This document shows, piece after piece, positions 36,769 to 50,254 of a stretch of DNA of 53,687 nucleotides. The notes beneath the pieces were generated by a model that did not search any database, was not told where the DNA came from, and saw only the letters and a program-made list of their open reading frames with translations. The position numbers and the translations under genes are program-made. Location of the stretch: assembly GCF_006345805.1 (NCBI RefSeq), contig NW_021833703.1, positions 1 to 53,687 of the forward strand, in the 5' to 3' direction. Position 1 is the stretch's first letter, and each line of letters begins with the position of its first letter. Source of the DNA: Octopus sinensis. Taxonomy: Eukaryota.

Positions 36769-38214
36769 CTATATATATAAGCTTGTATGTGTGTGTGTAT
36801 TTGTGCCACACACTCACATATGTGTAAATATATGCATTCATATATATGTATTAACATACGTGCCTATATATATGTACATGCATAAACAAGCATACATTCA
36901 CGAACGCACTTGGCACACACATTTTCCTGTTTCTTAATAAGAGTTCCCACGCAAACACACAGAAACACATTTGCACGCACACAAACACAAACACCCACAT
37001 ACACACCCACAGACATACTTTCTACTTTCACTTTTACTTTCACTTTCCCTCTCTTTCACACACGCATTCACATTCTCGGCATCACATCCAGGCATAAAAA
37101 ACCTTGCATAATTATGTGCATGCCTGGCTGTGGATGTCAGTGAATATGTGTAATTGTGTGTTTCTGGGTTTCGGTGTGTCTACGTGTGCATGAATGTGAA
37201 TGTGTCTACATTCAGGCGTGTCAATGTGCACGAATGCGTATGTACGTGTCTGTATGACCATGCCTGTCCGCCTGTGTGTGTGTGTGTTTTGCAAGTATGT
37301 CGGTGAGTAATATCTATGTGTTTATATGTATGCGTGTGTGTGTGTATGTGTGCGTGTGTATGTGCGTGTGTACTTTATGGATTAGCTGTGTTATCGATCC
37401 CTTAATGCTGACCGATAAACCGATTTCCATCAGTCTCTTTTGTCCAGTGCTTCAGCAGAACTGATTAAGATGGCGGATGTCTTGTCAACTGCAAACTAGT
37501 ACGCTTGTATAAACACACTTATACATACGCCTATATGCATACACCCCGCTCCCACACACACATGCAACCGCTCGTATATATGTGCGTGAGTGTGTCTCGC
37601 TAATACTTTCCCCTATTCATACACAACTCAATTCACGTAACTCTCCCAGTTAAATAGATACAGACATAAGCATAGACAAATCTCTACAAACCTCTCTCTC
37701 TCTGTTTCGCTTACTCTCTTCTCTCTCTGTCTCTCAATTCATCCCCTCTCTTCCTCCTTCTCTATCGCACACATACACACATAACAGCATATAAACGCCC
37801 ACCTACACGTAAACACACCCGTTTATGTAGAATACATGGGAAACTATATACATATATACACTAACATAAAATCAAATTAAAACTTATTGATTTGTGATAT
37901 TGGCATGACGGTAAGTTAGTTATAGCTAAATTGGGTGATACACGGGTATGTAGGACTTAATACTGCAGGGTAGGGTAGGACATTTTAAAGGTGAGACATG
38001 GTTAGAGAGTGTAGTATATGTGTAAGATATGGGTAGAGCATTGCTAGGAAAGGTAAGTAAGGCATGACGTGGGTATGTAGTGTAGGAGACAGGTATATTG
38101 AGCAAGAAATGAATATATAAGCTTGAATATGAGTGGTTAGTTAGTTAGGTAGGTAGATTGGTAGCCAGGTAGATGGTTACGAAGATGAGGGTTCTAGTTG
38201 ATCCTATCAATGGA

Positions 38215-38452
38215 AAGCCTGTTCGTGAAATTAATGTGCAAATGACAGAACTTGAGGAGATTCAGTGTGACACAGAATGTGATAAGGTTGGCCGTTTTAA
38301 TTACAGGTAGAACTCATTTATTGCCAGCTAAGTGAACTGGAGCAACGTGAAATAAAGGGTTTTGCTCAAGGACGTAAAGCGCTGCTGGGAACCAAACTTA
38401 CAACCTTATGATCGTGGGCAGAATATCCTTAAACACAAAGCCGCACGTCTTC
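38215..38452 (-). mobile_element. SINE family C
   Basis: GAGATTCAGTGTGACACAGAATGTGA..TTACAGGTAGAACTCA..GGAGCAACGTGAAATAAAG..GCTCAAGGAC is the reverse of the C consensus. Confidence 0.82.
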
Positions 38453-38703
38453 GTTGTGTCATATATAAGAAACGGAGAATGGAGTAAAGGTGTAACGCAA
38501 AATATCAAGACAGCTTAAAATTATTGTACACGAAACAAAGTCAGCCAACTGATACTGTAGTCAAAAATCATCGATTAGGTTATCTCACTTCCCTTTCTTT
38601 AGGCTTTCTCATTGACTATGTATGTATATATATATATATACATGCACATTTACATATATATAAATCTGTTAATCTCTCTTTCTCTCATTTTTATCCTTCG
38701 CAT

Positions 38704-38737
<34 letters not shown>

Positions 38738-39302
38738 GTCTCTCTCTCTCTTCTTTTACCCTCCCTCTCTTTGTCTTCATTAATCACTCTATTATCTCTC
38801 TCTCTCTCTCTCTCTCTCTCTTCCTCTTTCTTCTCTTTGGTCAGTCCTTCCGTTCCCCGTACTTCAGCCGTCAGTAGTCGAAATCCATTACACACTTCCA
38901 CAGTGTATCCTATACCTATTGCCATGACAACCATACAAAATGGTTGTCTAACGTCTTCCGGTTGTTTCAGTTCGGCAATTCATCCGGTTGCTCCCAAACG
39001 ACACACAGACAAACGCATGCACACAACGCATGCAAACAAACACATGCGCACATACATGCATGCATGAACAGGCTCACACAAACTCAAACATGCACAAGCA
39101 AACGCATATACACACTGATGCACGTTATGCATACATGTATGCACAGGCAATTACTCCTGTATACACATCTATAAACATGCCGGCATAACTATACAGCCTT
39201 ACATATTCTCACTTTTTGGAGAGTACAAATTTATTATTCGAATTGCTGGCCGTAACTTCGAACTCACTACCAATAATATTCTTGTTTAAAAATATATACA
39301 TA

Positions 39303-39660
39303 GGTGCAGGCGTGGCTGTATGGTAAGAAGCTAACTTCCCAACCACATCGTTCCGGGTTCAGTTCCACTGCGTGGCACCTTGGGTAGATGTCTTCTACTA
39401 TAGCCTCGGGCCGACCAAAGCCTCGTGAGTGGATTTGGTAGACGGAAACTGAAAGAAGCCCGTCGTATATATGTATATATATGTATGTGTGTGAATATGT
39501 TTGTGTGTCTGTGTTTGTCCCTCCCCCCAACATCGCTTGACAACCGATGCTGGTGTGTTTACGTCCCCGTAACATAGCGGTTCGGCAAAGAGACCGATAG
39601 AATAAGAACTAGGCTTCTAAAGAATAAGTCCTGGGTTAAATGACTGAAACAAGTAAAAGA

Positions 39661-39729
<69 letters not shown>

Positions 39730-39880
39730 TTTTTGTGTGGTGTGTGTGTGTGTGTGTGTGTGTGTGTCTGTGTCTGTGTGTGTCCTCCCCCACTATCGCT
39801 TGACAACCGATGTTGACGTTTACGTCCCCGGTGGTGCTCCAGCATGGCCGCAGTCAAATGGCTGAAACAAATAAAAGAAT
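39303..39880 (+). mobile_element. SINE family B (39303-39660) plus partial B tail duplicate (39780-39880)
   Basis: Standard B head, body and tail. Confidence 0.9.
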
Positions 39881-39902
39881 ATATATATATATATATGTAT
39901 AG

Positions 39903-40200
39903 TACAGTTCGGATCTGGCGCCCTCCGATTTCCATGTGTTCGAGCCAATGAAAGACAGTCTTCAGGGACAATGACTTGCTAATACAAACAAGGTGGAAGT
40001 GGATATGAAGAAGTGGATACAATAGTGCACGCTCTTTTCAAAAGCGAATTCGAAAGTTGGATTCAACGACGGCATAAATCGTATGTAAGCAGCTTTTTAA
40101 TTACCAGAGGAGTTACTCGACCAACGTGAAGAAGTTCACTATAGCCTAATCAGTTTGTTCCCAAAAGAGGTATTCCCACTTTTGCATAACTTCTGGCATA
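39903..40200 (+). pseudogene. Mariner transposase C-terminal fragment
   Basis: YSSDLAPSDFHVFEPMKDSLQGQ matches the mariner YSPDLAPSDF motif; stops follow. Confidence 0.85.
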
Positions 40201-40206
40201 ACGTTC

Positions 40207-40251
40207 ATGTCTTTGTGTGTGTGTGTGTGTTTGTGTGTATATACATGTATA

Positions 40252-40286
<35 letters not shown>

Positions 40287-40368
40287 ATTATTATATATAT
40301 ATATATATAATACATATCTACACATATATATATACGCATACAGGCATACACACACACATATATATATA

Positions 40369-40420
<52 letters not shown>

Positions 40421-40480
40421 GTCAAATAGAGGCCCATACAGACAGTTTAACAAATAGTCTAACTAGACGGATAGACAAAC

Positions 40481-40572
<92 letters not shown>

Positions 40573-40600
40573 CTATCTATCTTTCTGTCTTTATCTGTAT
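40207..40600. repeat. (TA)n then (GATA)n ending in an inverted (TATC)n
   Basis: Direct reading; 22-bp palindrome AGATAGATAGATCTATCTATCT at 40561-40582. Confidence 0.95.
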
Positions 40601-41153
40601 CTATCTACCTATTTGGGGGAAAATAAAATACAATACAAATAACGCAGAGTCCACTTTCACAACCATTCTTTACGAATTCACTTATATAATAACAACAAAT
40701 CTGCCACTATTACGTGACTGTTGTCCATTTTCCAAGCCATAACCCCGAAGACTTGAAAGAACTTGCATTTAATTCTAATCGGTTATATAGAACTCACTGG
40801 GAATAAACAGAAAAAGAAAACCAACTTATAAATATAAAAATACTATCAGCAAAGGTCAGAAAAATTTTTAGCTTTCTAATTTTTCTTATCTTTACCTTGT
40901 ATGTAAGAAAACATTTTCTCGTTTTTCTCTTCTTCGTTCTAAAGTAAAAGAATATATATATATGTATTACCATTATTGACATATATATACGCTGATATAA
41001 CCACCATTTTGTTTTTCTTTTTGATTTTCTTGTACAGAGCTATAAAATTTAGCAAACGCGTTAAAAATATATTCTGTAACTCAGTATCTATCTATAATAT
41101 TATTGTGCTTGTGTACGTACGTTTCGCTGTGAAATGGTTAGTTGAAAAGAGAT

Positions 41154-41208
<55 letters not shown>

Positions 41209-41599
41209 AGAGGAGAGAGAGAAGAGGTGTGTGTGAGAGAGAGAGAGGGGTGGAGGAGAAAGAAAGAAACTAACTCACAGAGATGAGTATTTATCGGGGA
41301 ATGTAGTAGCGGTGAGAGTAGAAGAAAAAGGAATGCTACAGACATATAACCACATATACACATATGTAAAAGACTGAGAACTGTAGTAGCTGTCAGAGTG
41401 GTGTCATCGGTTAATGAAGATGGAGACGACGAAAAGTGTAGTATTTTATTAGTGAACTAGTTTTTTTTCATCGTCAGTTTTGCGCTCATTTGCTTTAGCG
41501 CAATTAATTATCGGCTGCCAAATCAAACTATTTATATATGTTTTTCTACATTATTATTCTGTTCCCTTCTCTGTATACAGTGCTCTAATAACCCTTTTT

Positions 41600-41705
41600 A
41601 CTATAAGCACAAGGCCTGAAATTTGAGGCATGGGGTTGAATCGATTACATCAACCCCAGTACACAACTGGTACTAATTTTGTCGACCCCAAAAGTCGACC
41701 TCGAC
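41600..41705 (-). mobile_element. SINE family A 3' fragment
   Basis: GCACAAGGCCTGAAATTT..GATTACATCAACCCCAGT..AACTGGTAC. Confidence 0.75.
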
Positions 41706-41819
41706 ATGGCTTCCTACCACAACATTTTACCATAGTGTTATGTCAGCGCCTATGTTACTGGAAAGTTGTTTCCTTAGAATTCAAAGCTCATTGGAGCAAC
41801 TTCTATATTTTGTTCACTT

Positions 41820-42520
41820 TGATTATGGGTTTCAAGTCTGCCACATATTCTGCACAATGAACTCGGATTGTGCCACATCTTATGACACCTGATCAATAGA
41901 ATACCATGCTGATTACATTTCATGAAAATTGTTAGAGGTACATCCAGCTGGTTTCTTTGAACGTTTCCTAACCCTGGATGGATTCATTACTTTGAGTCAA
42001 ATACAAAGAGACAACACATGCAGTTGAAACACCCTTCCTCACTTGCTCCAAAGAAGGCTTGGGTAGTTTCATCTTACGGGAAGGTGAGAGACTCAGGGTT
42101 TTGGAATGCAAAGGGCATTGTGCTTATTGATTATTTTCAAAAGGGTCACACCATCAAAGAAGAGTACAATGCCAACTTTCTGAGCCAGTTACAAAGGGCT
42201 TTACATCCGGCACTCGTATAAGTGAATGAGTTCTTATCTATTTTGGATGCAATAGTAGCTACGTGGTCAAGACGATGGCTTACCAACGAAGCGGTTTTGG
42301 ATTTGATCTCAGCACGTTGAACTTCGAGCATGAGCTTTCTCACACAGACTCGTTGATGAAACACTTGGGAATGAAATTTGGTTGACAGAAACTATGCGGA
42401 AGCTGAATCGCAGACAATTATTGGAGAACATCAAGAAGAACTTGAAGTGGAATCTAGTGTCAGCCATGCTAATAGTTCATAGATAACTTTATTGTAAAGA
42501 GAGTGTGTGGCATTCAATTG
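41820..42520 (+). pseudogene. Mariner transposase fossil
   Basis: RIVPHLMTPDQ (WVPHxLT motif, 41864-41896); PKKAWVVSSYGKVRDSGFWNAKGIVLIDYFQKGHTI (SAGKVMASVFWDAKGIVFIDYL-like). Confidence 0.85.
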
Positions 42521-42859
42521 AAGTAAAGCTTTGATGACGTCTTATTCACAGTTTCGAGTCTAGCAATTAGCAACACTTCATATTATTAATTTAATTAATA
42601 TATTTAGATTACAAACAGGTGTCAAAATACTTTCCATGAACTTTAAGACGCACTAACACTTCAGCTAGCCTATCTTTACCAGTCGTAAAAATGCTCTCAC
42701 TTGTACAGACATACACACACAGTCGTAGATGCACCTCGCTGTACGCACATACTCATATCAACCTATCTTTTGTCTCTCAGTCACTCTCTCTCTCTCTCTT
42801 TCGATTTGTGGAGACACACTTATACACATATAATATACACACAAATATAAATATACACA

Positions 42860-42901
<42 letters not shown>

Positions 42902-43598
42902 CATACATACATACATACATACATACATGCACGCTCATACGTACACACACGCGCACATGCACATATATATTCCTCAATGTGTGGTAATGTGTATGTATGA
43001 ATTTATGAATATGTGTGTGCGTGCGTGTGCGTGTGTGTGTGTGTGTGAGTGTGTGCATAGCTATTCGTTCAGTAAAGGTGACATTCAAACGCACCAGATA
43101 TATCAACTGTACCGTTTAACTAGTAGACACATGTACATTTTCTTTCTGTCAATCGTTCACACACACACACACACACACAGACACGTGTGTGTGTGTATAA
43201 GTGAAGTGTCTGTCTGAGTGTGTATGTGCTTAGTTTGAAGCAAGATGGAACCGATTATGTCACTAAGAGCTATCTGCTTGTGGAATCAATATGGCGTATT
43301 TTGTGTAAGGTGATGATGGCGTACAAGAACAAAGAGACAGAAAGGAAAGCAAGGGAAGAGAGAGATCGGTTTTAAGAGAGATATATAGGGTCAGGTATTT
43401 AGAAAAGTAGAGGATGATACTGAAGATATAAAAAGAGAAGGAGGGAGAGGGAGAGAGAGAGAGAGAGAGGGGGAGAGAGACAAGCAGCTTGTGGAATATA
43501 TACATACACACATATATATGTATCTATCTCACTCTCTATAAGTATCAATATATATATATATATATGTACAATTATACACACACAAACACACACACATA

Positions 43599-43641
<43 letters not shown>

Positions 43642-43782
43642 CATGTATACATATATATAATATATATATATATATAAGGATTTCGCGTAGACAGCGATAC
43701 TAATAACTAGTTGTTAGAACTCAGCATACGTATATATATATGATTCAGAATGACTTGTTAAGTGAGGACAAAGATAATATTG

Positions 43783-43970
43783 GTATGAAATTTTAGCACA
43801 AGGCCAGCAATTTTAGAAGAGTGGGTAAATCGATTTACATCATTCATCGATGCCAAAAGGATGAAAGGAATAGTCTACCTCGGCGGATTTTGAACTCAGA
43901 ACGTAAAGACGGGCGAAATGCTATTGAGCACTTTTGCCCCGAGTGCTGACAATTCTGCCAGCTCGCCGCC
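43783..43970 (-). mobile_element. SINE family A
   Basis: Reverse family A, ends TTCTGCCAGCTCGCC. Confidence 0.9.
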
Positions 43971-44194
43971 TTTGGCAAAGAAGAATATTATTTGTTAAAT
44001 GAGAAGAAAACATGAGTTACGTTAGATTACAGATGTTTTTGTTAAGTGAAGCAGTACACTCAGAGCTGAGTGCTTGTGCAACATTTTATAGATTCCTCGT
44101 AGCTGTTAAACTGAAGCGTATGCTTATTTCGGAAAGCATTTAGATACATAGAAATGATTCCCTTCGGAACTACATATATATATATTATGTTCTT

Positions 44195-44407
44195 AGCTTA
44201 GTTTTTCCTTCGGGCTGGCCAGATTGGAGCAATCTCAAGATTAATCAGCCGAAATTGCGAGGATGATCCGGTTCTTGACTGAAGATAAAAGGCTTCGAAT
44301 GACCCGTCCTTGTTTTTTTTTTGTATCGTCTATCTGGATGTTTTGTTGTCCCTTTTTGTATCACTTAGTTGTCCGGATGTTTTGCGTTCTTGTCCCATTT
44401 TGTATTT

Positions 44408-44480
<73 letters not shown>

Positions 44481-44790
44481 CTGTATTTCAGTTTCTGTAC
44501 TTCCATTATATTTTTGTTTTTTTTATATTCGTCCCTTTTGCTGTCCTGGTGTCCGTATGCAATCGATCCTTCTTCCAGGAAATCTACGCTCCCAGCTTAG
44601 TTTTTCTAATGCTCGTTGCTTAGTTTTTCTTGGAGGGCTGGCCGTGATCTAGTAATCTCAAGATTAATCAGCCGAAATTACTACGATGATCCGGTTCTTG
44701 ACTGAAGACTGAGGGTTTCGAATGTCCTGTCCGTGTTTATTGTATCGTCTTCTAAGAGTTATACGTTCTTGTCCATGTTGTATTTTTCTA
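44195..44790 (+). repeat. Direct duplication of a ~150-bp element separated by (TA)n; possibly PLE-type terminal repeats
   Basis: GGGCTGGCC..AATCTCAAGATTAATCAGCCGAAATT..GATGATCCGGTTCTTGACTGAAGA at about 44212 and 44635; family assignment is inference. Confidence 0.6.
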
Positions 44791-45109
44791 CATACCTTAA
44801 TATATATATATATATACATATATCCATATATACACACATATATACATATAAATATACATATATATACATATATATATATATGTAAATATATATATTGTGT
44901 GTGTGTATGTACGTATATATATGATTCACACCTATGCTAAACGGTATTCCAGCCGTGACCACTCGTCTTAATTTCATATATAATGTATTTGATGAGTACT
45001 CACCTAATGTATACTTCCTTTATAAAGACGACAAGGCAAGAGTGTTTGTCTGCCATTTTCTGGCGGGTCATTGTTGTCTTGTACATACAGAATATTTAGT
45101 TTTCTTTTA

Positions 45110-45480
45110 TTCGTTTATTATTTTACTTGTTTCAGTCATTTGATTGCGGCCATTCTGGAGCATCTCCTTTAGTCGAACAAATCGACCCCCATGACTTATT
45201 CTTTGTAAGTCTAGTACTTATTCTATCGATGTCTCTTGTCGAACCACTAAGCTACGGAAACGTAAACACACCAACATCGGTTGTCAAGTCATGGTGGTGA
45301 GGGGGACAAACACACACACACTCACACCACACACATACGACGGGCTTCTTTCAGTTTCCGTCTACTAAATCCACTCACAAGGTTTTGATTGGCCCGAGGC
45401 TATAGTAGAAGAAATCTGTCCAAGGTGCCGCGCAGTTGGACTGAACCCGGAACCACGTGAAGCTTCTTACCACACAGCCT
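45110..45480 (-). mobile_element. SINE family B
   Basis: Reverse tail TTTTACTTGTTTCAGTCATTTG through head CTTACCACACAGCC. Confidence 0.9.
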
Positions 45481-45533
45481 CTCTTGAGCCTTTGTATGCC
45501 AAAATAGCGTAACATATATGTATTTTATCTACT

Positions 45534-45932
45534 ACTAGCAGTATCGCCCGGCGTTGCTCGGGTTTGTAAGGGAAATAACTATATAAGCATTTTTAGAGAG
45601 TTATAACCAAAAAATAGCAAAAAATGCATTAAAAATGGAAAAAAAATGATGGTAATGTTTTTTAGAAATCGTTGACTCATCGTAGACATTTTTAGAGAGT
45701 TACTTCCCTTATATAATAGCGAAAAAATACATTCAAATGGAAACAAATGATGGTAAATTTTTTTTTAAATCGTAGACTCATCGTAGACGCGCGCTAATAC
45801 CCAGAAGGGCTCGATATGAATCACGACTATAAGATACCCGGTTTTGGTTAAACTGCACCGCAAAATGTGGGAGTAGTTAAGAATCTAAATCGTAGGAGAC
45901 AGACACACAACTTCACTTTTATATATAAAGAT
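45534..45932 (+). mobile_element. Non-autonomous Helentron/HINE (DINE-1/Lep1-like) element
   Basis: Starts ACTAGCAGTATCGCCCGGCGTTGCTCGGG, internal ~120-bp tandem duplication, ends TTTTATATATAAAGAT; this terminal architecture is typical of HINE-type elements. Confidence 0.65.
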
Positions 45933-46439
45933 ATAGTAAATCTAGTTATTGTTGTTTAATCCCAGTTGACCTGAGATGCCTATCTATTTCATATCTTAGA
46001 AATACATTATCTGTAGTACGATTCTTTTTCTTTAATTTATAGATTTAAGATTTGGTTACTATTCTAACATGTTATATAGACTGCAAAGCCGTACATATTA
46101 CATATTACACGTGAGTTGTTGTTTTTTTCCCCTTTTTTCACACAGCCCTAGCAGATAATGTGTTATGAAAGTAGTTGAAGGTTAGTCCTATTGAAAATAA
46201 AAATAGACATGAAACTACTAAAAATATCCAGGCTCCTTTACAATGAAGATCATAACATGTGACCCATATTTACAATGAATGTCGTAACATGTGACCCACA
46301 TTTCATTACTTGGTATTTATTCATTGCATAAACAGATTGTGAATTTGGGTTGCTGCACGCGCGCGCGTGATAGAGGTGGTTGGGAAGAGCGGTGGGGTGG
46401 AGAGTTGTGTGTGCGTATGAGGTTCTGTACATACGTTTG

Positions 46440-46614
46440 TTATGTATGTATGTATGTATGCATGTATGTATGTATGTATGTGTGTATGTATGTGTGTATG
46501 TATGCATGTATGTATGTATGTGTGTATGTATGTATGTATGTATGTATGTATGTATTTATGTATGTATGTATGCATGCATGCATGTATGTATGTATGTATG
46601 TATGTATGTATGTA
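46440..46614. repeat. (TATG)n microsatellite
   Basis: Direct reading. Confidence 0.97.
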
Positions 46615-47005
46615 CGCCGGGCGAAATGCTTAGCGGTATTTCGCCTGCCGTTACGTTCCGAGTTCAAATTCCGCCGAGGTCGATTTTGCCTTTCATCCTT
46701 TCGGGATCGATTAAATAAGTACCAGTTACACACTGGGGTCGATGTAATCGACTTAATACCTATGTCTGTCCTTGTTTGTCCCCTCTATGTTTAGCCCCTT
46801 GTGGGTAATAAAGAAATAGGTATTTCGTCTGCCGTTATGTTCTGAGTTCAAATTCCGCCGAGGTCGACTTTGCCTTTGATCCTTTCGGGGTCGATTAAAT
46901 AAGTACCAGTTACGCACTGGGGTCGATATAATCAACTTAAAACCGTTTGTCTGTCCTTGTTTGTCCTCTCTGTGTTTAGCCCCTTGTGGGTAGTAAAGAA
47001 ATAGG
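46615..47005 (+). repeat. Tandem dimer of the 184-bp SINE A' unit
   Basis: Unit starts at 46635 and 46819, same junction AAAGAAATAG|GTATTTC as the 22-kb array. Confidence 0.92.
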
Positions 47006-47006
47006 T

Positions 47007-47145
47007 ACTACTCATTTTTGCCAGTGGAGTGGACTGGAGCAACGTGGAATAAAGTGTCTTGCCCCAGGACACCTGGAGCCGCTAGGTATCGAACTCACGA
47101 ACTTACGATCGTGAGCTGAATACCCTAATCATTTAACCGCGTGCT
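47007..47145 (-). mobile_element. SINE family C head
   Basis: CTCATTTTTGCCAG..GACTGGAGCAACGTG..ATCGAACTCACGA. Confidence 0.82.
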
Positions 47146-47581
47146 TTCGTACATACATACATACATACATACACACGCACACATGTATACGCACACACAC
47201 ATACACACACTGACGTTAAATATTTCTGTTTCTTGGCTTGATCAAAAGGGAGCAGTGTTGGTTCGTCTCGCTCCCTTGGAATCTTAGGGATTCATTCGAG
47301 CCACCCACACAGATCCCACCCCATCTCACTGGCTCGCCATACTGACTTTCATACAGAGAATGTCAGTGAATGTGTTGGCTTACTAGCCGACTAAAAATTA
47401 TATTAATTTATGATTTGGTTACTATTTCTAGCATGTATAATTAACAATGAATAGCGGTCTGTAAACTAACGAATATTCTGTTTGTAAGCAAAACTGAGTT
47501 CAATTCGCTCCATGAGTTTTGATATCTTTTTCTGCTGTGTTATCCTTTTCTTTTTTAATAGGGTCCGCTTTTAGAGAGAGG

Positions 47582-47653
<72 letters not shown>

Positions 47654-47737
47654 ATGTGTGTGTGTGTGTGTGTGTGTGAATCACAGGATGTATTAGTGTA
47701 CGATATTGGTAGTGATATAAAGTGGGGCAGTTAGGCA

Positions 47738-48008
47738 ATATTGGTTTCAAATTTTGGCACAAGGCCAGCTGTTTCAGAGAGTTAATTATTACTTAGATAA
47801 CCCCTATAGACACAAGGCCAGAAATTTGGGAGTAAGGGTTAGTCGATAACATTGATCACTGTACTCTCAACTGGTAGTTATTTCATCGAGCCCGGAAGGA
47901 GTGAAAAGCAAAGTCGACTTCGGCGGAATTTGAACTCAGAACATAAAAAACAGATGGAATGCCGCTAAGCATTTTGTCCGGCATGCTAATAATTCTGCCA
48001 GCTCACCG
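47738..48008 (-). mobile_element. SINE family A (with duplicated 3' segment)
   Basis: Reverse family A; CACAAGGCCAG occurs twice. Confidence 0.87.
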
Positions 48009-48087
48009 ACTTAATTATTAATAGATAATGCAAATGAAGTATAATTATTACATTGTATATTATGCACTTTATTCCTACTATAATTAG

Positions 48088-48335
48088 TGAAGGCGCGTGG
48101 CTTAGTGGTTAGGAGCATTCGGTTCGCGATCTTACAATCGTGTGTTCGATTCCCGGCGGCGCGTTGTGTCCCTTGAGCATGACACTTTATTTCAAGTTGT
48201 TCCAGTCCACTCAGCTGGTGAAAATGAGTTGTACCTGTAGCTGAAAGGGCCAGCCATGTCACATTCTGTGACCCGCTGAATCTACCAGAGAACTTTGTTA
48301 AGAGTGCGCATGTCAGTGGAATATTCCTGTTCCGT
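48088..48335 (+). mobile_element. SINE family C
   Basis: GAAGGCGCGTGGCTTAGTGGTTAGG A box, GTTCGATTCCCG B box. Confidence 0.9.
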
Positions 48336-49412
48336 TGATCTGCTATTATTACAGAGCAACATATATAAAAATATAATTTTAATAATTATTCTTTCAGTGC
48401 GGCCCGCTACCAAATAAAATCCACGGGTTGGTACTGATTCACGACCCGGTGGTCGCTGCAGAAGGGAATTAGCTCAATACTTCATTAACTTTTCTTTCTT
48501 TCTTTTCTTTTTTTTTTAACTGCCAAATCAAGGACATTTGTGAAATTTACTAATGGTGCATACTTTTGGCAGAAGTTTTAAGACATTTATCTGGACGAAA
48601 CTCGCAACTATATTGTCAAGGTCAGTGTCATTTCAAAGAGCTCTCTCTCTCGTTCCTTTGAATTAATGGTTTGATGGAGGGAAGTGATAAAATATTCGGT
48701 CATAATTCTTCATCTATTTAGAGCAAGAGAGGAAGAACAATGAAATAACAATTATATGGAAAGAGAAACTCGTTAGAAGATAATTCGGTTTATACTGATT
48801 TTAGTAGTTATTAAAATTCCAGTGGAAGATTTAATAACTAATTACAAACATTTTTTGAGAGAGAATGAAAGCGAGAGAGAAAGAGAGAAAGAGAAAGAGA
48901 AGAGAGAGAGAGAGAAAGAGAGAGAGAGGAAGGGATGGAGAGAGAGAAGAGGAGTGTGTATTTGTATGTTTTCTTAGGTGCGTGCATTAAGAAAGGAAGA
49001 GAGAGTGTGTGAGAGAGAGAGAGGGGGAGTGTGTGTGAGACAGAGAGAGAGAGAGAAAGAGAAATTTTGAGAATGGGATAAAGAGGGGGCTTTAAAAAAA
49101 TTAACTATTGAAACTATTCTGTTTTATTTCAAAGGGTTGCATTATTGGGCTTGCGTGGAATATTATCAAATGCTTTTATTATAATCAATCCAAGCAATTA
49201 GATTTCAGGACTTCCATTGACAATCCTCTGAGATAATATTTCAAAAAGTGAAGAGTTAATCCTTACATCCACAACAGCTTTTTATATCCTTTTTGTTACT
49301 GTCGACAACAACAACAACCACAAAGATAATAGTAATTATATTTAAGAATCCTCAATGTCGTTTTGTTTTACTCTCTGTAAAAACATCAGTCTTTAGTCAG
49401 CGTAGAAAATAG

Positions 49413-49610
49413 TGATTTCAAATTTCGGCACAAGGCCAGCAAATTTCGTGGGATGGGATAAGCAGATTACATCAATCCCAGTGTTCAGCTGGTATTTACT
49501 TTATCGATCTCGAAAGGATGAGAGGCAAAGTCAACCTCGGCATAATTTGAGCCCAGAACATAAAGATAGATGAAATGCCGCAACGCTAACGATTCTACCA
49601 GAACATCGCG
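49413..49610 (-). mobile_element. SINE family A
   Basis: Reverse family A, diverged. Confidence 0.82.
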
Positions 49611-49748
49611 TTTTGGGGGATTAATTAATGACAACAAAACACATAATCATTAATGTACATTTTCATACATTGATTATGCATATATCAAATAACTGTTTTT
49701 ATACAAAATCGCTTACTCACACATCTCTCCCTCTCAGTATATATATAT

Positions 49749-49795
<47 letters not shown>

Positions 49796-50254
49796 GATTC
49801 GATTCGTTTGGTTTGGTCGTTTCTTCTTCTTCTCTAAGCTGGTTTATATATATATATATATAAGTGTGTGGGTGGGTGGGGGTGCAGGGGTGGTGTATGC
49901 GTAGATATATATACAATATATATACATATGTATATATATGTGTATATATATATATGCATATATGTATGTATGTATATAGATATATATATAGATATATATA
50001 TTAATATATATATATACTATATATATGTATATATATATATATATGTATAGATATATATATATGTATATATATACATATATATAATATATATACATATATC
50101 TATGTATAATATATACATATATATATGATATAATATATACATATATATGATGTAGGTGGTATGTATATGTGTGTGTGAGTGTGCGTGAATGTGTGCGTGT
50201 GCGTTATTATTATCATCATTATTATTTGATGAAAACTCAGCTTAATTTGCTGAG

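Noticed and set aside
38173-38310. Protein-like 45-aa ORF MVTKMRVLVDPINGKPVREINVQ...
   Set aside because: Lies largely within an antisense SINE C copy; no acceptor
44270-44730. CTGAAGA..CGAAT in the duplicated element as a hammerhead
   Set aside because: GAAT instead of GAAA, no convincing stem II or stem I
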